A DNA stretch of 64,000 bases from assembly GCA_902617625.1 (NCBI GenBank), contig CACMXJ010000004.1, positions 29,206-93,205 of the forward strand, in the 5' to 3' direction. The DNA comes from an uncultured Pelagibacteraceae bacterium. Its GTDB lineage: Bacteria > Pseudomonadota > Alphaproteobacteria > Pelagibacterales > Pelagibacteraceae. The notes below the pieces were generated by a model. It did not search any database. It worked only from the letters and a program-made list of their open reading frames with translations, and was not told the origin of the DNA. Numbering within the stretch: position 1 is the stretch's first letter; each line of letters starts with the position of its first letter. Shown here one piece after another: positions 52,298 through 58,858 of this stretch. The translations under genes were made by a program, and so were the position numbers.

Positions 52298-52474
52298 ATG
52301 GGTTCTATAGATGGAGAAATTCCTGCGGTATGGTTTTTGATAAGTTCAATTGGTTTTATAATTTTAAGCTATATTCAGTATAAAAATACCGGAAAAAGTA
52401 TTAACACAATTTTTTTAACCATAATGGCTATTTTGTTTCTCTTGAGCTATTTTATATTGCTGTTTAAAACTTGA
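52298..52474 (+). CDS. Possible 58-aa two-TM micro-protein
   Basis: My own read: MGSIDGEIPAVWFLISSIGFIILSYIQYKNTGKSINTIFLTIMAILFLLSYFILLFKT*. It is below the ORF-track cutoff. Chance ORFs of this size are common in AT-rich DNA. Confidence 0.3.
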   Translation: MGSIDGEIPAVWFLISSIGFIILSYIQYKNTGKSINTIFLTIMAILFLLSYFILLFKT

Positions 52475-52569
52475 TTTATCCCCACTATTCACAAAGAAAT
52501 AAGAAAAATAAGAGAATCAACTAAAAAGTGATACATTAAATAAATACCATCTGTTATTGTCTTAATGAA

Positions 52570-52755
52570 TTAAGAGGCAACTCTTAACTGGCCAATTGGA
52601 GAAAAGCCGAGAGGTACAATTCCAGGGGGCAGAAAGCTTCACAAAGCATCGCTGAACATGTGGAGTGGGAGGCATGGCGGTAGCGCATCAACGACGTGCC
52701 AAAACAACTGTTCTTTGCACCCTTAAAAGTGCAAGGAAACAGGGGTTTTTTCTTC
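52570..52755. ncRNA. GC-rich structured element of unknown class: candidate ncRNA, tRNA-fragment scar or decayed coding remnant
   Basis: 61 of 110 nt are G+C in 52591-52700, against 13 of 60 in 52501-52560 (hand counts). Hairpins: TTAAGAG-GCAA-CTCTTAA (52570-52587), GCC-GAGA-GGT (52606-52615), GCTT-CACA-AAGC (52636-52647), CTTTGCAC-N8-GTGCAAGG (52713-52736), followed by GGGGTTTTTT. No ORF of 60 aa or more on either strand. Confidence 0.4.
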
Positions 52756-52756
52756 A

Positions 52757-53032
52757 ATGAAACTTAGAGGAACAAAATTTCAATTAAAAGTTTGGAAATA
52801 TCTCAAAACCATACCCAAAGGTAAGGTAAAAACTTACAAACAAGTGGCAATTAGCATAAAAAGGCCTAAATCAGCTCGAGCTGTGGCTAATGCTTGCGCT
52901 AAAAACCCATATGCCCCAAAAATACCTTGTCATAGAGTGATTAGATCAGATGGAGCTCTTGGAGGATACTCAGGAAGAGGTGGAATCAAGCAAAAGCTTA
53001 AATTACTTAGATCTGAAAAAGCAGCCATTTAA
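52757..53032 (+). CDS. ogt: Methylated-DNA--protein-cysteine methyltransferase, C-terminal (active-site) domain only
   Basis: 91 aa, GTKFQLKVWKYLKTIPKGKVKTYKQVA, NPYAPKIPCHRVI (PCHR active-site Cys). No N-terminal domain. An in-frame stop lies at 52724-52726. Confidence 0.85.
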   Translation: MKLRGTKFQLKVWKYLKTIPKGKVKTYKQVAISIKRPKSARAVANACAKNPYAPKIPCHRVIRSDGALGGYSGRGGIKQKLKLLRSEKAAI

Positions 53033-53043
53033 CCTTATTTTAA

Positions 53044-53066
53044 GGATTTTTTTCTTTAAAAAATCC
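53044..53066 (+). terminator. AT-rich hairpin GGATTTTT-N7-AAAAATCC, 11 nt after the ogt stop (weak candidate terminator)
   Basis: Read directly. 8-bp stem of only A/T plus GG/CC, with no clean downstream U-tract. Confidence 0.3.
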
Positions 53067-53492
53067 AGTAAAATCAACATTTTTTGACCTTTTTTTTTAA
53101 TTTTCTCTTAAATACCATAATTCACCCTTTAGTTGTACCATGTATCAGCCTACGCTTAAAATAGACCCCTATTTGGCCGTTTAAATGCTATATTCAATTA
53201 GTGCATCGCTCTACTATTTAACGATATCAACGCTTTTAGACTATCCCAAATATTCATGATTTCCCTTTTTATTATGCTTAAAAAGTCCCAATTTTAAATG
53301 ATAATTTAATATTTTTTAGATTTAGTTCAAAGTTTAAGCACTGAAACTAAAGTCAACTATGTTTTACATTTAAATATCAATTTCTATCAAATTCTTGTTA
53401 AATTTAATACTTTATAAAAATTTAATAATTACAATAGTTTACAATGTATAATTAATCTAATACTTTATATATTAGTAAATAAATAATACATA

Positions 53493-54344
53493 TTATTTAA
53501 TTTTTTTAACTATATTCTCTCTCCTAGAGATATAGATACCACTTAATACAATAATAGATAATCCTAAAAAAGTCCAATTATCTGGGAAATCACTAAAGAA
53601 GTAATAACCTATGATTATGTTGGTAACGATCTCAAAGTAGCTAAATGGTGCTAATTTAGAGGCATCAGCGTATTTTAGAGATAATATTAAAAATAAATGA
53701 CCTATACAGGCAAAAATTCCTATAGCTGCCATCATAGACCACTGATTTAAAGAAGGCGCAACCCAAACAAATGGCATTATTGTAGAAACTATTATGGCCC
53801 CCACTACACCAGTTAACAATAAAGTTAATAAAGGGTTATCTGAAGTGCTTAATTTACGAGTAATAATTAAATAAAACCCATACATTATTCCAGTTCCAAG
53901 AGCTGCTAAACTTGCTAAGTTAATTTCTACAAAACCAGGTCTTATAACTACTAATGAACCTATGAATCCTATAATTACCGCTGACCATCTTCTAAATCCC
54001 ACCCTCTCTCCTAAAAAAATTGGAGAAAAAGCTGTAACAATCAAAGGTGCAACAAAAGCTAAAGTTAATGCTTTTGCTAATGAAATTACTGAGATTGCAT
54101 AAAAAAAACAAATATTGGCTGTTAAAAGAATTATACCTCTTATAAATTGTAATTTTGGTTTATCTGTCCAAACAAGATTTTCTCTAAAAAAGAAAAACAT
54201 AATTGGAAGAGTAAATGCAACTGTAAAAAAATACCTTGCCCATGTAATTTGTAAAACAGGAAGGTCTGCACTTAAATACTTTGCAAATCCGTCCATAATT
54301 GGAAGCATTACCCACGCTAAAAGATTGAAAGTTATAGCCTTCAT
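53493..54344 (-). CDS. EamA/DMT-family transporter
   Basis: 283 aa, 10 TM segments, duplicated EamA-type halves. Confidence 0.85.
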   Translation of the reverse strand: MKAITFNLLAWVMLPIMDGFAKYLSADLPVLQITWARYFFTVAFTLPIMFFFFRENLVWTDKPKLQFIRGIILLTANICFFYAISVISLAKALTLAFVAPLIVTAFSPIFLGERVGFRRWSAVIIGFIGSLVVIRPGFVEINLASLAALGTGIMYGFYLIITRKLSTSDNPLLTLLLTGVVGAIIVSTIMPFVWVAPSLNQWSMMAAIGIFACIGHLFLILSLKYADASKLAPFSYFEIVTNIIIGYYFFSDFPDNWTFLGLSIIVLSGIYISRRENIVKKIK

Positions 54345-54362
54345 GAACTTAAAGGATATAGA

Positions 54363-55259
54363 TTAATTAAAGTATTTTAAAGCAAAGAATACAACAATTG
54401 GAATAGTTATAAAAGACATCAAAGTTGAAACAACTATTGTACTAGCAACACTATCAACAATTTTTTTTGGTGAATACATGCTGCCAACTAGATAATTCAA
54501 TATAGCGCTTGGCATTGCGCTTTGTATGAGTAAAACACCTGCAGCCAATCCAGACAAATCAAAATTATAAATCACAGCAAATGCTATTAAGGGTCCTATT
54601 ATTACCCTGCATAAGGATAAAATAATTGAGTTTTTCAATGAAAATCTAAATTTAGTAAGAGCAATACCTAATGACATTAAAACTAAGAAAATTGTTGCAT
54701 ATGTTAAAAGGAATGTTGTGTTTTCAAGAAATAAAGGTGTATCAATTTCAAAATATAAAAAGAAAACAGATATAATAATAGCGTACACGGGTGGACTTTT
54801 AATCAAAATATCAAAAGAAAAACTTTTTTTTGCTAAAAAAACACCTAGCGTAAAATGGAACAAAATTATGACAGAAGCTATAGCAGAAGCAACTCCAAGA
54901 CCTTGAGTGCCATATGCAAAAAGGCAAATTGGAACACCCATATTACCGGTATTTGGTAGAATTAATGGAGGAAGCTCCATACTTAAATCCTTTTTAAGAA
55001 AAAAAAGAAGCAAAAGCCCAATAATTGCAAAACCAGCAATCATTATTATAGCATATATAAAATAATGAATAAAAATATCTAAAGTAATTCCAGTTGTTGT
55101 CACCGTATAAAAAATCATTGCTGGTGTACCAATGTTGCCAGCAAAATTTGTTATGAAATTAGTATCGAATTTAGGGTTTTTCTTACCGAGATAATAACCC
55201 ACGCCAATAACAAAAAAAACAGGAAAAATAACTTCAAAAATTTTAATATAAATTTCCAT
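54363..55259 (-). CDS. AEC (auxin efflux carrier) family transporter
   Basis: 298 aa polytopic protein. The N-terminus IFEVIFPVFFVIGVGYYLGK is typical of the AEC family. Confidence 0.8.
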   Translation of the reverse strand: MEIYIKIFEVIFPVFFVIGVGYYLGKKNPKFDTNFITNFAGNIGTPAMIFYTVTTTGITLDIFIHYFIYAIIMIAGFAIIGLLLLFFLKKDLSMELPPLILPNTGNMGVPICLFAYGTQGLGVASAIASVIILFHFTLGVFLAKKSFSFDILIKSPPVYAIIISVFFLYFEIDTPLFLENTTFLLTYATIFLVLMSLGIALTKFRFSLKNSIILSLCRVIIGPLIAFAVIYNFDLSGLAAGVLLIQSAMPSAILNYLVGSMYSPKKIVDSVASTIVVSTLMSFITIPIVVFFALKYFN

Positions 55260-56551
55260 TAATTATATAATCTAATTAATGTTGGAAATTTTAAAATATT
55301 TCTATTCTTTTTAAATATCGATAAACAATTTCTTGCATTTTTTTCTGATGTTTTATGGGTAATTATAACTATAGTAGCTGAATTTCTTTTTTTATCAGGT
55401 GTTTGTATAATTCTTTTTACAGAAATTCTATATTTAGCCAGTCGATTAGTTATAGAAGAGAGGACACCTTGTTTATCTTTAACTTCAAATCTTAGATATA
55501 GAGAATTTGAATATTCATCATTATTAAAAGCCTTTACAGCTTTTCTTTTATTTGAGGAAATTCCAAAGGGATATTTTATGTTTCCTCTTAGAATAGACAA
55601 TAAATCAGATAATAAAGAAGATGAAGTAGGTCCTGGTCCTGCGCCCTCCCCTTGAAGTATACTTTCACCAACGGGCTTACCCTCCGTGATAACAGCGTTC
55701 ATGACACCATTTACATTACCTATGTATGTATCTTTACCAACTAAACATGGATGAACAGTCTCAAATAAACGATTATTTATCATTTCACATATACCAAGTA
55801 ACTTAATTCTAAGATTTAATTGATTTGCAATTTTAATATCTTTTAAATCAATATTTTCTATACCTTCCATTATAGATTTATGATGTGAAATTTGATTATT
55901 GAATGCAAGAGCTGATAAAATTCTAACTTTTGCAAAAGCATCAAACCCATTCAAATCTAATTTAGGATTACCTGGTTCAGCATAACCAAGTTCTTGAGCT
56001 TTTTTTAAGACTTTATCAAAAGTCTCATTTGAATTTTCCATCTCAGTTAAGATGTAATTAGTTGTTCCGTTTAAAATTCCATAGACTTTCTTTATCTTAT
56101 TTGTAGCTAAACCCTCTTTAATCGTTCTAAGTATTGGAACTCCTCCAGCAACAGAGGCTTCAAATTCTAAATTTACATTATTCTTCTCAGCTAATTTAGC
56201 TAATTCATTACCATGTTTTGAAATTAAAGCTTTATTTGGTGTTATAACATTAATCTTATTCTTTAATGCCATCACAACAATTTTTTTTGAAATTCCATCA
56301 GATTGACCAATAGACTCAAATAAGATGTCGATCTTTTTTTCTTTTAAAATTTTAAGAGGATTAGTATAAAAAATTTTCTTATTAATATTGTATTTTCTCT
56401 TTTTATTTTTATTTTTTGCAGAAATTGCAACGATATTTATCTTTTTCCCCGTTTTTATTTCTATTTCTTTTTTTTTTAACCTTAATTCATTGTAAAGATA
56501 AATGCCTATTTGACCCAAACCAACAATTGCAATGTTAACTATTTTATTCAT
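55259..56551 (-). CDS. hom: Homoserine dehydrogenase
   Basis: 430 aa, VGLGQIG NAD-binding site, LNGTTNYILT, and a C-terminal ACT domain. Confidence 0.92.
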   Translation of the reverse strand: MNKIVNIAIVGLGQIGIYLYNELRLKKKEIEIKTGKKINIVAISAKNKNKKRKYNINKKIFYTNPLKILKEKKIDILFESIGQSDGISKKIVVMALKNKINVITPNKALISKHGNELAKLAEKNNVNLEFEASVAGGVPILRTIKEGLATNKIKKVYGILNGTTNYILTEMENSNETFDKVLKKAQELGYAEPGNPKLDLNGFDAFAKVRILSALAFNNQISHHKSIMEGIENIDLKDIKIANQLNLRIKLLGICEMINNRLFETVHPCLVGKDTYIGNVNGVMNAVITEGKPVGESILQGEGAGPGPTSSSLLSDLLSILRGNIKYPFGISSNKRKAVKAFNNDEYSNSLYLRFEVKDKQGVLSSITNRLAKYRISVKRIIQTPDKKRNSATIVIITHKTSEKNARNCLSIFKKNRNILKFPTLIRLYN

Positions 56552-56705
56552 CTATATTTGGATAATCACTGTTATCTACGTAAACTTTTAAATTTGATTT
56601 AAATTCTTCAAAAGTTAGATCTTTTGAAAAATTAATCTTTTTCTCAGTTTGTACAGGGGCACAAGAAATAACTAAAAACAAAATTAATAATGGTAATTTT
56701 TTCAT
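56544..56705 (-). CDS. 53-aa putative lipoprotein micro-ORF between argC and hom
   Basis: My own read: MKKLPLLILFLVISCAPVQTEKKINFSKDLTFEEFKSNLKVYVDNSDYPNIDE*. LVISC is a lipobox. ATGA overlap with the argC stop and an 8-nt overlap with the hom start. Confidence 0.5.
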   Translation of the reverse strand: MKKLPLLILFLVISCAPVQTEKKINFSKDLTFEEFKSNLKVYVDNSDYPNIDE

Positions 56706-57724
56706 AATAATCCCTCATTATCTTTAAAACCAAATTTTAAATTCATATTTTGAACTGCTTGACCTGCTCCTCCTTTAATAAGATTATCAATGACCGATAA
56801 AATTATTATTTTATCTTTAAATTTAGTTCTGCAGACAGAAATTAAGCAATAATTAGTATTCATAACGTCATTTGTGCTTAAAAGAGAGTTAACACTCTTT
56901 ATTTTTACAAATTTATTCTTTTTATGAAATTTTTTCAAAATATTTTGCACATTATTTAAGGTAGAACCTGGTTTTAAATCTAAATAAATAGTGCTTAAAA
57001 TTCCTCTAAACATTGGAATAATATGAGGTGTAAAAGTAAAATTGATTTTTGAAGAAGTGTGATTTTTTAATTCTTGATGAATTTCTGAATTATGCCTATG
57101 AAATCCTACTCCATATGCACTAAGGGATTCGTATAAATTTTTATTTTTAAATTTTTGGTGTACTCCTCTACCCGCTCCAGAATATCCAGATTTTGAGTCT
57201 ATAATGATATTGTTAAAATTAATTGATCTTTTTTTGATTAATGGAATAAGTGGTAAAAGTATTGATGTAGGATAACAGCCTGGACATCCAATAATGCTAA
57301 ATTTTTTAACTAGTTTCCCTGTTATTTCAGGTAAAGCATAAATACTATTTTTTATATTACTTAATGCCTTATGTTTTTGTTTATACCATTTTAAATAATC
57401 AGAACCTTTTTTAAGTCTGAAATCTGCAGCTAAATCAATTAAAGTATTTTTTTTTAACAAATCCTTTGAGATTACTTGCGCTTCTCCATTCGGCAGAGCG
57501 GTAAAAATAATATTAACATTATTTAAGTATTTCTTATTATATTTTGTAATTTTAGGTAACTTTTTTGACTTTAACGAAGTGTCATAAGATGAGATTTTTT
57601 TTCCAACAGAGGAATTTCCACATAGATATTTAATATTAACATTCTTGTGTTTAATTAATAATTTAATTAATTGAACACCAATATATCCAGTTGATCCAGC
57701 AATTAGTACATTAAGCTTAGGCAT
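56702..57724 (-). CDS. argC: N-acetyl-gamma-glutamyl-phosphate reductase
   Basis: 340 aa, GSTGYIG, and GCPGCYPTS carrying the active-site Cys. Confidence 0.92.
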   Translation of the reverse strand: MPKLNVLIAGSTGYIGVQLIKLLIKHKNVNIKYLCGNSSVGKKISSYDTSLKSKKLPKITKYNKKYLNNVNIIFTALPNGEAQVISKDLLKKNTLIDLAADFRLKKGSDYLKWYKQKHKALSNIKNSIYALPEITGKLVKKFSIIGCPGCYPTSILLPLIPLIKKRSINFNNIIIDSKSGYSGAGRGVHQKFKNKNLYESLSAYGVGFHRHNSEIHQELKNHTSSKINFTFTPHIIPMFRGILSTIYLDLKPGSTLNNVQNILKKFHKKNKFVKIKSVNSLLSTNDVMNTNYCLISVCRTKFKDKIIILSVIDNLIKGGAGQAVQNMNLKFGFKDNEGLL

Positions 57725-57757
57725 TTTATATTATAACAGTTAAAAGTTAAAAAAGAA

Positions 57758-58195
57758 TTATCTTTTAGAAAATTGAAAGCTTCTTCTAGCTTTTTTTCGT
57801 CCAGGTTTTTTTCTTTCAACTGATCTGGAGTCTCTAGTGGTTAATTTTTCGGTTTTAAGTGTAGATTTCAATTTTTCATCAAATAAAACTAAAGCTTTAG
57901 AAATGCCATGAACCATTGCTCCTGCTTGTCCTGTTGGACCCCCACCTTTTACACTACACTTTACATCAAATTCTGTTGCCTGATTTATAAGTTCAAATGG
58001 TCTTACAATTTGCATTTTATGATTATCGCTTGAAAAATAATCACTAAAAAGCTTACCATTTACATAAATTTTACCCGAACCTTTTTTTAACCAAACTTTA
58101 GCTATAGAAGTTTTTCTTCTTCCAGTTGCATACTTACTATCTTTAAAGTCCAGTTTTATTTTTGGGGCTTTGGTTGGTGCTTGAGTATTTTCCAT
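57758..58195 (-). CDS. rpsI: 30S ribosomal protein S9
   Basis: GRRKTSIA, GGGPTGQAGA, and a C-terminal KR. Confidence 0.97.
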   Translation of the reverse strand: MENTQAPTKAPKIKLDFKDSKYATGRRKTSIAKVWLKKGSGKIYVNGKLFSDYFSSDNHKMQIVRPFELINQATEFDVKCSVKGGGPTGQAGAMVHGISKALVLFDEKLKSTLKTEKLTTRDSRSVERKKPGRKKARRSFQFSKR

Positions 58196-58196
58196 T

Positions 58197-58655
58197 TTAA
58201 TTTCGTGTAATATTTTTTGAGTTTAATTTATCCAACTGTATAACTTGAGGATTTTGAGCTGAATGAGGATGATCATTTCCTACATATATTTTCAATTTAG
58301 TAAGTTGTTTTTTTCCCAATACTCCTCCTGGGAGCATTCTTTTTACGGCAAGTTTTAAAGCCTCACCTGGTTTTTTTTCAAATAGTTTCTCTGGTGTAGT
58401 TTCTTTAATTCCACCAGGATGACCAGTGTGTCTGTAGTATTTTTTATTTTGAAATTTATTTCCAGTGAATTTGATTTGTTCGATGTTTTTAACAACTACA
58501 AAATCTCCATCGTCCATATGTGGTGTGAAAGTTGTTTTATTTTTACCTCTAATAATTTTTGATATAACAGTTGCTAATCTGCCTACCACAGCATTTTTAG
58601 CATCTATTTCATACCAATTTGACGATAATTGATCTTTTTTAAGGAATTTTGTCAT
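58197..58655 (-). CDS. rplM: 50S ribosomal protein L13
   Basis: WYEIDAKNAVVGRLA, YYRHTGHPGG. Confidence 0.97.
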   Translation of the reverse strand: MTKFLKKDQLSSNWYEIDAKNAVVGRLATVISKIIRGKNKTTFTPHMDDGDFVVVKNIEQIKFTGNKFQNKKYYRHTGHPGGIKETTPEKLFEKKPGEALKLAVKRMLPGGVLGKKQLTKLKIYVGNDHPHSAQNPQVIQLDKLNSKNITRN

Positions 58656-58738
58656 TGTGCCAGGATTAATACTATTAATAAGATCAAAGTCAAATTGATA
58701 TTTTTATTGTTTTAAGCCTTTTTTTTGTTATATTGATA

Positions 58739-58806
58739 TTGCCGATTTGTTCCTATTGCGGGCTTACAGCTAAAGAGGAAGTCATCATACAAACTCGGTA
58801 GGCATT
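58739..58806 (+). promoter_or_regulatory. SAM-II-like aptamer candidate (first of two related elements) in the metY leader
   Basis: The core ATTGCGGGCTTACAGCTAAAG (58755-58775) shares the pattern ATTG.G.G.CTT...AGCTAAAG with the downstream element. It is enclosed by TTCCT/AGGAA and CCGATTTGT/ACAAACTCGG helices. Confidence 0.45.
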
Positions 58807-58811
58807 TGAAC

Positions 58812-58855
58812 TATATTGTGCGCCTTGTATAAAGCTAAAGCACTAAAAAAGGAGT
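58812..58855 (+). promoter_or_regulatory. SAM-V (metY-type) riboswitch candidate overlapping the Shine-Dalgarno sequence
   Basis: ATTGTGCGCCTTGTATAAAGCTAAAGCACTAAAAAAGGAG. GTGC (58818-21) can pair with GCAC (58840-43). The A-rich tail runs into AAGGAG, 5 nt before the metY ATG. The SAM-V class was described upstream of Pelagibacter metY. Confidence 0.6.
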
Positions 58856-58858
58856 AAA

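Noticed and set aside
52596-52710. The GC-rich element as a glycine riboswitch (SAR11 is known for them)
   Set aside because: There are partial resemblances only: GGAGAAAAGCCGAGAGGTACAA against GGAGAG..CGCCGAAGGAGCAA, and CAGGGGGCAGAAAG or GCCAAAACAAC against CAGGCAAAAGGAC. The P2 and P3 hairpins that build the aptamer are missing, and the downstream gene (ogt) has no link to glycine metabolism.
52565-52756. The GC-rich element as a two-piece alphaproteobacterial tmRNA (a classic integrase target)
   Set aside because: There is no GGTTCGA-type T loop, no acceptor end with CCA, and no plausible alanine-initiated tag frame ending in ..LAA/..VAA.
52670-52790. 5S rRNA-like string GGCGGTAGCGC
   Set aside because: Only about 11 nt resemble the 5S 5' region. 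The remainder lacks the loop C/helix IV-V sequences, and a full-length 5S would have to run into the ogt CDS.
53084-53114. Possible sigma70-like promoter TTGACC-N19-TAAATA in the long spacer
   Set aside because: The spacing is off-optimal, and -10-like hexamers are everywhere in DNA this AT-rich. That is not enough evidence to call a promoter.
47314-53492. A direct repeat of the tRNA-Glu 3' end marking attR of a tRNA-integrated island
   Set aside because: By eye I found no copy of ..GGTTCGATTCCCCTAGGGACC.. or a substantial part of it downstream. The boundary therefore remains undefined and needs a computational repeat search.
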